64,000 bases of DNA from Batkoa obscura (taxonomy: Eukaryota), in NCBI GenBank assembly GCA_030770535.1, contig JASVEC010000025.1, positions 620,001-684,000 of the forward strand. The letters are read 5' to 3'. Position numbers and translations under genes: made by a program. Position 1 is the first letter of the stretch. Every line of letters begins with the position of its first letter. The notes beneath the pieces are model-generated. The model made no database searches. It was not told the origin of the DNA and saw nothing but the letters and a program-made list of their open reading frames with translations. Positions 13,920-24,979 of this stretch are shown here, one piece after another.

Positions 13920-15671
13920 TTATTCTTCTATAGTATTATCATTATTATTGCCATTTACCTTATTAATAGTAATAAGTTTCATTACTATACCTTCATTTAA
14001 TAACTCATGAATATGATTAACTACTTGATTAATATTAACTCTAATTTGTTTTTGAGTATCTCTAAAACGAATAGTCACTGTTTCATCTTCTAATGTTTGA
14101 TAATCAATAGTAATACAATAAGGAGTCCCAATTTCATCCATACGATAGTATTTTTTACCAATTTTTAATTGTTGATTTAATAATTTAGTTGAGATATTTT
14201 TAATTAAAAATTGATTATTTAATTGTTCTGCTATATTGTTGAATTCTTCTTTGTTGATTAAGGGACATATTCCTACTTTGATGGGCGCTATTTTGGGGTT
14301 TAATTTCAATATGATACGATCTTGTTGGACGGTGAATGCATCTAATAATATAGCTAAACATGCTCGATTTAATCCAGAGGAGGATTCGATTACATAAGGT
14401 ATTACTTGGTTGTCATTTTCATTATTCTCATTATTATTTACTAATTCATTATTATTACTTCCATTACTATTGTTATTAATATTTTCATTATCTGTAATTT
14501 TAAAATTTCTACCGCTAGCATTCATATGTGATTTCAAGTCAAAGTCACCTCTATTAGCAACACCTTCTAACTCGCCCCAGCCCCAAGGAAACATGAATTC
14601 CACATCCGTACAAGCCTTTGCATAATGAGCTAATTCTTTATCTTCATGCTTTCTTTTACGAAATAATTCTTTATTATTAACTAATTCAAACCACCAATCC
14701 ATTCTTTTTTGAACACAAATATCAAACCATTCATTAGCTTTCTTAGGTAAAGTAAAAAATTGTAACTCCATTTGTTCAAATTCTAAAGTTCTAAAGATCA
14801 TATGTTCTACCCTTAATTCATTTCGAAAACTTTTACCTAATTGAGCTACACCAAAAGGCATTTTATTACCTGCAAATCTTAAACAATAAAGATAATTGAT
14901 AAATACGCCTTGTGCTGTTTCTGGTCGTAGATAAACGACGGAGGTATTATTGATCTGGTCTAATGTTTCTTTTGGATTTGGGGATTCTATTAATCGTTGT
15001 AAAGGATCTATGGGATCCAAAAATGTTTTAAACATACAATTAAACTTTCGACTTTCTGTTAAAAAAGGAGAATTGATTTTAGATACATAACCATTGTATG
15101 GATACTCTATAACTTCTTCTTCATTATTTAAAAATTCAATTTTACCTTTATTATTATTACTATCATCTGGTTTTATTACTTGTCTAATAAATAATTTGAT
15201 TTGTTTACTTTTAATTTGATATTTAATCCCTTTTAATCCAATATTACTTTCAATAATCTTTAAAAAGTCTTCTATATCACTTTCATTCTCCACCATAACT
15301 TTAATATACTTTTCTCCTGCCTTATCCCCGCTAATCCTTAATTCTCCTGCTTTATCTGGTCTGAATCTCTCCTTTGATAATATATCATCTACCAACTCAT
15401 CCGTAAAATTCTTCAAATGCCCCGATGCTGAAAATACTTGAGAGCTATTTAAGATACTGGTATCTAAACCCATGACTTGGGGATTCGTAGTCACCATTCG
15501 ATACCACCAATGGGAACTGATGTTTTTTTTTAATTCTAAACCTAAAGGACCATAGTCATACCCTCCTCGTAAACCCCCATAGATTTCACTGCTTGGGAAT
15601 AAGTAGCCGCTACGCTTGCACAGTTCGATCAGTTTGACCATTACATTTTTCGGGTATTTGATAGGTTTCAT
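13920..15671 (-). CDS. glyQS: Glycyl-tRNA synthetase, homodimeric alpha2 class II, bacterial-like, intronless
   Basis: SEIYGG..YDYGPLG, LRPETAQGVF, GKSFRNE, FRTLEFEQMELQFF, ELAHYAK, ELEGVANRGDFDL, PYVIE, and a C-terminal anticodon domain DEIGTPYCITID. Confidence 0.92.
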   Translation of the reverse strand: MKPIKYPKNVMVKLIELCKRSGYLFPSSEIYGGLRGGYDYGPLGLELKKNISSHWWYRMVTTNPQVMGLDTSILNSSQVFSASGHLKNFTDELVDDILSKERFRPDKAGELRISGDKAGEKYIKVMVENESDIEDFLKIIESNIGLKGIKYQIKSKQIKLFIRQVIKPDDSNNNKGKIEFLNNEEEVIEYPYNGYVSKINSPFLTESRKFNCMFKTFLDPIDPLQRLIESPNPKETLDQINNTSVVYLRPETAQGVFINYLYCLRFAGNKMPFGVAQLGKSFRNELRVEHMIFRTLEFEQMELQFFTLPKKANEWFDICVQKRMDWWFELVNNKELFRKRKHEDKELAHYAKACTDVEFMFPWGWGELEGVANRGDFDLKSHMNASGRNFKITDNENINNNSNGSNNNELVNNNENNENDNQVIPYVIESSSGLNRACLAILLDAFTVQQDRIILKLNPKIAPIKVGICPLINKEEFNNIAEQLNNQFLIKNISTKLLNQQLKIGKKYYRMDEIGTPYCITIDYQTLEDETVTIRFRDTQKQIRVNINQVVNHIHELLNEGIVMKLITINKVNGNNNDNTIEE

Positions 15672-15817
15672 GATTGTGATTGAGGATTGTGTATAAAGTT
15701 GTGAGTTATTTTTTGAGATTTTGAGTTTTCTGTTGAGATAAAACTCTGGATTTCAATTTTTCAAAAATTTGGGATTTTGAAATTGATAAATTTTTTCGGT
15801 TTAAGATTTGGGCATAT

Positions 15818-15915
15818 GGGGGTGTTTTTTTTGGTTTCATTACTTTTTCCATTTTCTAAGCACTATTTGAGCGGGAAAATTGCTAGCAAAATTCTTGAAC
15901 AAAAAAAATATCCCC
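15818..15915. mobile_element. MITE copy
   Basis: GGGGGTG...TATCCCC; flanks ATAT/ATTT. Confidence 0.85.
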
Positions 15916-16148
15916 ATTTATTCGAACTTGCAAACAGGTTTTTCAAAAAAATAAACTTTAAATCAAACTGATAGTGGAACTGAAAATGTTATATTAACAT
16001 TGGCTTTAATGCATATACGTTCAAAGTAGAACATTTTTATAATATATTAGGAAATCGAAAAAATTAAGGGATAGAAAATGATGCACTTAAAATAGAATAT
16101 AAATACGAAGATTTGACTCCGATGTAGATTGATTTTTATCAAAATAAT

Positions 16149-17377
16149 ATGGATCTTGAAGAATATAGTGATTATGTAAACAAAGTGGTTTATCCAACAA
16201 TATCAAAGGTATCCTTAGTGTTAGCTATTATAGTGGTACTTACAATGATATTATTAAGTAAGTACTAGAACTATATATCAACTAGTATAATATCCTAATT
16301 TAAGAGTAGCAATATATGATTTTAAATTAGTTGATAGAGTAACTCTCAGGCTACAAACTGGTGTTATATTATATGATATCTGGTTGCATTCTTTACCATT
16401 ATGGAATCGTCCATATAATAAAGACGGATCACCTTTATGTACCTTTATTGCTTACCAACTATTATCCTTTCCTTTGTATTATAGCTTCCTCAATGCTGCT
16501 ATTGGGATTAATTTACAATTAGTCTTTCTACATAACATTAGTGTAACATGGAAAGTAGAAGCAGGTTATTGGATTGGAACAATTCTACTTACACTCTTAA
16601 TTACTATCCCACCACTTGGTATAATACTATTTTAATATGAGGATAACTTTATATTAACATAATTTTGAGTAGCAAAAGGAATGCTTGGATTCAGTAAGAT
16701 TAAAGGATGTTATCTTGCGACCGATGATGAAAGTTATTATAAGGTGTTAGATTTCTATTCTAATATTTTAATTTTGATTGTTTGCATGTCTTATTTGTTA
16801 ATTGTTGTGGTTTTGGTTGCTATAAAATTACGCCGTGGACTTGATTTAATAAGTGGCCATAGAGGAACGGTAGACAATGAATTATCCTCAGAAGCAATTA
16901 AAAAAACCAAATTACTTATTTCGAGGGTGTAAGACATTATATTCATTAGTATATAAAATTAAGTACCATTTAGTACATTGTACCCTATAATCATGATTGT
17001 TTCTCATATTGGGCTGGTAATAAACGAATCAGCTTATGACCTTGCTGATTTTCAATCACCTGTGCTAGATATTTTGTTAAGTATTACTGGTGGAATGTTA
17101 GGGACTCTTAATTTCATTGCATTCTTTCTCGACCCAACTGTACACCATGCACTCAAAGTTATTTATTGGAGAACTACAAATAATCAAGAGATTGAAGAAG
17201 TGCAATCTGTTAATCTGAGTAATTTTAGTATTTTAATTAATTAATTAACTAATTGTATTAGATACTAATCGTGATTTTGAATTGACTATATTAGAAAGTG
17301 GTATAACAGAAAATATTAATAACGAAAGGGAAGATCAATGTAGCATTATTAGTTCTAATTTGATCAAAAGCTTATAA
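16149..17377 (+). CDS. 7TM GPCR-like receptor, copy 4, five exons
   Basis: MDLEEYSDYVNKVVYP...; same four intron positions; ends NLIKSL-TAA; no internal stop seen. Confidence 0.8.
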
Positions 17378-17498
17378 TCAGATCCTCATTAGTTTAAAAA
17401 ATAGTTAAATCTTACTCTTCTATCGCAATATAAATAATTAAATATATTTAACTTTTTTTTTTTGTTGATGTATTTTAAATCAGAAACTATGAATATAT

Positions 17499-17597
17499 GA
17501 AGATGTATTTTTTTGTTTAACAATTTTACTAACAATTTTCCCACTCAAATAACACTTAAAAAATGTAAAAAGTGATGAAGTTAAAAAAAACATCCTC
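17499..17597. mobile_element. MITE copy
   Basis: GAAGATG...CATCCTC with ATAT flanks. Confidence 0.85.
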
Positions 17598-18647
17598 ATA
17601 TTTATTTATCTATTCTAATATAATAGCATAAATTTTTTGCTTTTTTTATTAGTTTAAGATAAAAAACAAAGCTATTTTCAAAAAAAGTATATTAAAGTAC
17701 CTACTATAACTGATCACATTGTGTAGCTTAAAAAATAAGTCATCACGTTTTTATATCGATTTGCTATTTTTATTTAATATATCCATACAATATGCAATAT
17801 TTTCAACATGAAAGTAATGACATTTGGAAATTTTATTTAGAAAATCTTGCCAAAATAAAAACCAGCTTTTATTCCTATCACTAAAAATTGTAATTTTTAA
17901 GTATAATTAAAAAATGCAAATTTGAGCACTCAACTTTTATTCTTTTCTATAATTTCTAAATTCATACAAATGTCATTCAATTACCTTGACTGTAACCTAT
18001 TTAATAGTAACCCACTCCGTTGCTTTACCACTTATACAATGGCACTCTGACTTTAGTTTTTATTATAAAACACTTAAGCTTTAAACCCATATCAACATTA
18101 ACCACCATAGCGCTCTACGACATTCCCTTTTCAATTCACAATCCCGCTTAGTTCAACAGAGCTTTGATCCTCTCAATGGGGTTATGTTCAATCCAAAAAA
18201 ACTTTTTTGTTGCATTTTGGCCCTAACCCCAACCATGCTTACCCCTTGAGCCCCATTATCATTACAAGTCAATGAATGACTCTTTGGAGAGTAAGAGAAC
18301 AATGGACTAGATCGCACCTTTCTAGCTCTAGCAGTAGTGAGAACTCTCTGGGTATAATTTTTTCCATTTCAAAGGCCATCTATTGATGGGCATATGTCCT
18401 TTAAGCTAGTCATTTAAGTATTAAAATTTTATTATTGCAAATAAAATACTTGAAGCCAACACTTTTCAATCAAACTAAAAAAGACATAAAACCGTATTTT
18501 CTAAATAATACAAAAGTCACACGTTGATGTTGTTTATTCCATTTATTAAAACTTGATAAATAGTTTAATTTTAAGGGATACAATAATTTTTTTTAATATC
18601 TATAAATCACACTCAAATATAATTTTTTTGCATTTCTTTTACAAACC

Positions 18648-19986
18648 ATGAGTATAAGAGCTTACTTTGATTATGTTAGGCTAGTAGCTTACCCAGCGAT
18701 GTCTAAATCTTCCTTAACATTGGCTGTCATTGTAGTATTAACCATGATAATATTAAGTAATTATAACAACCCATCACTCATATATCAACATACTAACCTT
18801 ATTTAGCCCTTTACGATCATAAACTAGTAAATCGAGTTATCCTCCGTTTACAAACCGGGATGTCATGCTATGATATTTGGTTGCATTCTTTACCACTATG
18901 GGCTAGCCCATAGTGGTAAAGAAGGCTCACCTTTATGTACCTTCATTGCTTATTGAGTGTTGACCTTTCCTTTGTTTTATTGTTTTCTTAACGTGGTTAT
19001 TGGAATTAATTTACAGTTGATATTTTTGCATAATATTAAGGTGACTAAAAGAATAGAATTAGGCTATTGGATTGGATCTATTGTACTTACATTAATAGTC
19101 ACCATTCCACCACTTGGTACAATAGCTTTTGTTTACGTATAACCACTTATTAATAGAATTTTATTTAGCTATGGGATTGTTAGGATTTAGTAAATTTAAT
19201 GGATGCTACATTGCAACAGATGATGAAAATTTTGCTAAAATTTTTCATTTTTATACCAATATGGGGATGTTTTTTTTGGTTTCATTATTTTTTTCATTTT
19301 TTAAGCGCTATTTGAGTGGAAAGATTCTTAGTAAAATTCTTAAATACAAAAATACATCCCCATATATTAATTATCATAACTTGTATGCTTTATTTATTAA
19401 CAATAATAACTTTGGTTACTATTAAACTGTATCATGGGATTAATTTAATTAACGATTAAGAGCAAGTAGTTGATACCACATTATCAAAGAAGGCGATTAA
19501 GAAAATATTGTTCTTAATATCAAGGATGTAAAGCTTTATAGTACAATTTTAATTTATAACAAATTAATAGTTACTTAGCTCACTTTATGCAATAGCAATG
19601 ATAATATCTCATTCTGGGTTAGTGGTAAATCAAACAGCTTTTGATCTTTTTAACATTGAATCTCAAGAATTAAATATCTTTTCCTTTCTTACTGCTGGAT
19701 TGCTGGGCATGTTGAATTTTTCATCTTTTTTTTTGGATCCAAGTATACATCATGCTTTTAAAGTTATTTATTATAGAGTGGCAAAAAAACAAGAAATTAA
19801 TGTGGAAGAAGAAGAGACAAGTAAGTTTTATTATTTTTTGTTGTTTTATTTAGCGATAACTTTTAATTAGATTTTGAAGCCGAATTTGAATTGGCTGTTA
19901 TAGAGTCAAGTAGTACAGGAAATACAAATGTTACTGTTGGAAATCAAAGCACTAGTGCTTACTCTAATTTAATTAAAAGTTTATAG
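18648..19986 (+). pseudogene. GPCR-like paralogue, copy 5, pseudogene
   Basis: Paralogous exon structure; frameshift and stops near 18905-18957 and 19458; MITE inserted in exon 3. Confidence 0.8.
19263..19361. mobile_element. MITE copy inserted in GPCR copy 5 exon 3
   Basis: Removing the element plus one ATAT restores the frame FYTNILII. Confidence 0.92.
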
Positions 19987-20784
19987 TTTAATTTATTAAT
20001 ATAAAAAAAATAAAGCAATATTTCTTCCTTATTAACTTCAGATTAAAAATAAAATTTAGCTTTTTATTTTTGGATTAGCCTAAATATAATTACCAACTTT
20101 AATTAAAGCTATAACAAACCCATTTCAGCCAATCATATGACTCTAATTTAATAGTGATTGGTTTGAAAGAAAAAGCAAACTTGAGTTGTTGATATCTAGC
20201 CGCAGATAACTATTAAACCCTGGCCCCAACCATCCCTAACCCCAACCCTAACATTAACTCTAGTCGCAATAAAAAAAGACTTAATTTGCCAGAACAAAAC
20301 GAATCAGAGTTGCAAAGTCGTAAAATCCTCAGCCTCTTACTGGTTGATTTACCCTAACTATGAGTTATGGTAACTATATTTAGACGAACCCTTTATTTTT
20401 TAATTCGAAAAATGTAACTAAATTTATTTAACTGAATTTTGTTTAGAGAAAGTATGATAAAGTAAATTTCATTATTTGTCGACTTTTTTAATACCATAAA
20501 TAAGAAATCATCACATTTTTATAACCATTTACAATTTTTATATAATTTATCTATACAATATGTGATATTTTTAATTCTAAATAATAATATCTTTGAATTT
20601 TGATTTATTTAATTGAATCTCACTGAAATAAGACCAGTTAAAAACTAGTTTTTGTTTTCTATCATTTTAAAAAAAAGAAACTTACTATGTGCGATTAAAA
20701 AGTTAATTGATAACATGGATTTGAATTATAGTAAGGTTCAATATTGCAGTAAATTTATCTATACCATTAAAAATTTTAAAATAT

Positions 20785-20880
20785 AGAGGTGTTTTTTTTG
20801 GTTTCATCTTTTTTTTATTTTTAAGCATTGTTTGAGTGGAAAAATTGCTAGTAAAATTTTTAAACAAGAAAAGCATCCTT
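20785..20880. mobile_element. MITE copy (degenerate ends)
   Basis: AGAGGTG...CATCCTT with ATAT flanks. Confidence 0.8.
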
Positions 20881-21063
20881 ATATACAAAACAAGCAGTCA
20901 ACAGTGTTGATATTAGCTGATATAGCTTTACCTATAGTAGCTATATTTGGTAAAAGCTTTAACTTATTTGTTTATTAATATGCTTTTAATTTAAACAATA
21001 ATATAAAGTTGTAAGTTTTTTGATAAAATTATTTTTATTTTATAAATTATTATTTTATAATAT

Positions 21064-21161
21064 GGGGATGTATTTTTTTGTTTAAGAATTTACTAAGAAT
21101 CTTTCCACTCAAATAGCGCTTAAAAAATGAAAAAAATAATGAAACCAAAAAAAACACCCCC
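21064..21161. mobile_element. MITE copy
   Basis: GGGGATG...CACCCCC with ATAT flanks. Confidence 0.9.
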
Positions 21162-21334
21162 ATATAAAGATGTCTAAATTAATTTCAGAATTTATCTGAA
21201 AATTAATCTAAATTTTAAGTTTTTAATTTTATATGTTTTTAATATAAGGATGTATTTTTTTGTTTAATAATCATATAATATATATATAGTTATTTGACTT
21301 TATTTTATTTATTTTATTTTTTTAATTATATGTT

Positions 21335-21695
21335 TGTGAAATTTGGTACTCAGTGATTGCAGTTAAAGGCAGTTCTTGGTTGATTAACTTGCCTTGAGTC
21401 GAACGGTCTTAGTTTATGTAACTAAGATAGACCTAAATAAATAGGAATAATACGTAATAAGTTACGAACTATGTAAAACAAATAGAATATAAAATGCTAC
21501 TGTAAAATCTACGTAAGATGTTGTCAGGAAGGCTTAGTGGCTTTACTAATAGTACGATATCAGGGAGTAATTCAGTTAAAAATCATCAAGTTATCATGTT
21601 AAAGGATTTCTTTTATACTCCAACTAGTTTTGTAAACAAGTTAAGTGGTTGTTATGCCATAATCGATCATAGAGTTGATGAAACAATATTTCACA
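21335..21695. mobile_element. Solo-LTR-like insert (TGTGAA...TTCACA), inverted relative to 22076-22536
   Basis: About 290 bp is nearly the reverse complement of 22248-22536; TG..CA ends; TSD not clear. Confidence 0.6.
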
Positions 21696-21787
21696 GTATT
21701 TTGTATTTTTCTATTAAATGTTTAATAGATATATAAGATATAAATATATAATTGTTTGACTTTATTTTTTATTAAAATAAAAACAAA

Positions 21788-23949
21788 ATGCAAGCTTTTA
21801 TAGCTAAACTTCCAAATGAAATTTCTAAAAATTTTAATACGATTAGGGAGAAGCACATTATATAAACATTGTAATTCATTTGCATCAATTTTAACAACTA
21901 TTCACAATAACCCAGAGTTTATGGAATTTTATAATAAAACAAAAAAAAAGAAATGTTATTGAAGTTTACTATTAATAATAACAAACTTAATCAAACAATG
22001 TATAAAATTAATGCTTTAAGGGAAACAGGAAGTAAAAACCAACAAGTAACATTATTATCAACTATAGCTTCAGTATGTGAAATATTGCTTTATTAGCTCT
22101 CGAATTGATTATAACACAACAATCACTTAAGTTGCTGTATTCTCAAGTTCAAATACAATCAATTCAGAGTCCCTTATTTTGATTTGCTGCGAGAATTTAT
22201 AACTTCATATTGCAAAGAATATTATCTCCTTTTAATATCCATACTTATTGGAGTATAAAAGAGATTCTTCAATATGATAACTAGGGGCTTTTTAACTGAA
22301 TTACTCCCTGATATCGTACTATTAATAAAGCCACTAAGTCTTCCTGACAACATCTTACGTAGATTTTACAGTAGTATTGTCTGTTCTATTTGTTTTACAT
22401 AGTTCGTAACTTATTACGTATTATTCCTATTCATTTAAGTCTATCTTAGTTACATAAACTAAGACCGTTCGACTCAAGGCAAGTTAATCAACCAAGAACT
22501 GTTTTTAACTCCTACCACTGAGTACCAACCTTCACAAGTATATTCTTTTGATGAATGTAAAAGTTTTGGATTTAATATAAGTAAAAATCAATATGATTAT
22601 TCGAAAATAATTAATAATAAAAAAATACCAACGTTACGACCTACTATCAAAAATACAAAAAAAATCAAAGATCAGCAAATCGAGATTATTATACAATATT
22701 TGATAATTCAACTATTTTATCAAGATTTAGTAAAAAAATAATGATAAATATTCGTCAGAGAATATATATATATTAAATAAAAGTAGAAGAATGATATATA
22801 GTAAGTATTTTAATAATTTAAAAGATAAAGCAGTAGCTAAGTCAATACTTTTTAAATGCATATCAAGTAATTTTAAAAATCCAGCAAGAAAAACAGATTT
22901 ATGTAATACATGTGCCCAGTATACAGTTAGAAAAAAGTTATTTGAAAACAAAATAAATACAGCGATAAAAAATAAAGCAGAGATAGAAGATATCTTTTTT
23001 AATAAAGAAAAAAGGTTATATAAATTACATGAATTTCGTGTTGATACTCAAAAAAGCATATTTAATGAAACTATTAAAAAATTAAATAATAAAAGTTATA
23101 TAATAATCTTAGACTTTAAACAAAACATGGGAATAGAAACAAGACCAGATCCAATAAACTTAGATCATTATAATAAACAAGCTATATCAGTATTAGGGTT
23201 TGGCGTTTTATATTTAAAAAATGATAAAACAATAGGCAAAGTTTATTTTGATTATTTATCTGAAATGTTAAATCATGCTTCAGCATATGCAGGAGATTGT
23301 TTAATTGATTTAATATTTAAAGAGCCTTTATTTAAAAAGTTTACAAAAATTAATATATGGGCAGATACACGATATCATTTTAGATCTCAAGAGTTTTTAC
23401 ACTATGTATTTGAAGAAATTTATAAAATAAATAGTGGTTTAAACATTGATCTTAATTTTTTTGCTGAGCATCATGGAAAAAGTATAGTTGACGGACATTT
23501 TGGAAATCTTTCACACTGGAAAAATAATCTTGAAGCATTAAGTAAAATAGAAGATATTGATCAACTAATTTCAAAATTTGAGATTTTTGTTTGTGAAAAT
23601 AATAGATTTAATAACTCAACTGACAATAATGGAAAACAAATATAATTTTTAAAAAGTATGAAAGAAACAAAGATACAAAAAAACAATAAAAATACAAGGT
23701 ATTAAAAAGTATTTACACTTTGTTAAACGTGATAATAAATCACACTGCTATCCAGTATCTGATAGATCAAAGAAAAGTGACATAATTTCAATTAAAGTTA
23801 TAGAGTCTACAGGGAATAGAAAAATTAAAGGATCAGCGCCAGCTTATCTTACAGAAATAACTGAAAATTTAAAAGTTTCAATATTTAGTAAGCAAGTAAG
23901 TAGCTTGTTAGATGATAGAAATCAATTATTAAATGTTGGTATTACTTAA
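21788..23949 (+). pseudogene. Sola-like DDD transposase, disrupted (largest open piece 22791-23645)
   Basis: DLCNTC, IILDFKQN, IWADTRYHFRS and FFAEHHGKSIVDGHFG give three catalytic-type Asp motifs. Stops, frameshifts and an LTR-like insertion disrupt the 5' part. Confidence 0.7.
22076..22536. mobile_element. Solo-LTR-like insert in the transposase gene
   Basis: TGTGAA...TTCACA with AGTA duplicated on both sides; excision restores the frame TIASVYSFDEC. Confidence 0.75.
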
Positions 23950-24612
23950 ATTAATAATAGCTAAGTTAATAAATAGTCAAAGAGCAAGTAGTTGTAATAA
24001 TAAGTAAAAACTATTATTACACTGCTTGTGTTACATAGGGATGGTTATTTATAGTTTTGGGACTAACCGCTCCCTCCCATACAGCTATTTATTAACTTAG
24101 CGATATATTGATAATGTAATTATAACATTAAAATTGTTTATTTATTTGATAGTAAATCTGCAATGTTGGGTATAAAGCAGTTAATAATAAATATTTCTTA
24201 ATAAAGTTTTATAAAAATATATATTTATTTACATATTACATATTACAACTTTAATTACTATCACTATATAGGCTATATTGGTAAAAGCCTTGCTAATCCG
24301 GGAATTTATATTAAATTTGATAGAAATTCCGCTAACTTACAATATAAATTATGATAAAATAATTTAAAACTGTATTGGGTACTTTTGGTTTTTAATAAAG
24401 AATGTCTTTATAGAATTTTAAGCAGTTTTTAATATAAAATATTTAAAAATTGGATAATAAAATGAAACCAATTCGGACACCCCCATATGATATTGATTAA
24501 TTTAAATTTTTATACAATTTTATTTGATAATTTAAATGTTATTAAAATTGATAATTACAATATTATCAAATGATCTAATAAAAATTAAAAGCAACTAAAC
24601 TGTTATACATAT

Positions 24613-24711
24613 GGGGATGTATTTTTGTGTTTAAGAATTTTACTAACAATCTTTCCACTTGAATAGCGCTTAAAAAATGGAAAAAATAATGAATCCAAAA
24701 AAAACACCCCC
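24613..24711. mobile_element. MITE copy
   Basis: GGGGATG...CACCCCC with ATAT flanks. Confidence 0.9.
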
Positions 24712-24979
24712 ATATCTCCTTGTATAAATTAACTATTTAATATTCTAGCTTTTATGATATTAATAAAATCAAAGCAGATTTTTTTATTTCTAAGCATTAT
24801 TCATATGTATTTAAAATTTAAAATGGAATAGAAAACATCATAATATACTTTATTAAATAACTTATCTAATTTTGTAATTAAAACTAGAAATGAATTAGGG
24901 AGCAAATGTGTCATAAATAAAAAATACATAAAGAAAAATAAAATTACTATTTAAAATAAAATTAACTTTATTAGTCAAG

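Larger units (their letters stand above)
21246..24484 (+). mobile_element. Decayed Sola-like DNA transposon (~3.2 kb) with ends resembling the MITE family
   Basis: Left end AAGGATGTATTTTTTTGTTTAA and right end AATGAAACCAATTCGGACACCCCC resemble the two MITE ends. ATAT lies on both sides and the element encloses a DDD transposase. Confidence 0.65.

Noticed and set aside
21518..21736. 72-aa ORF
   Set aside because: It lies within the LTR-like insert and has no recognisable motifs.
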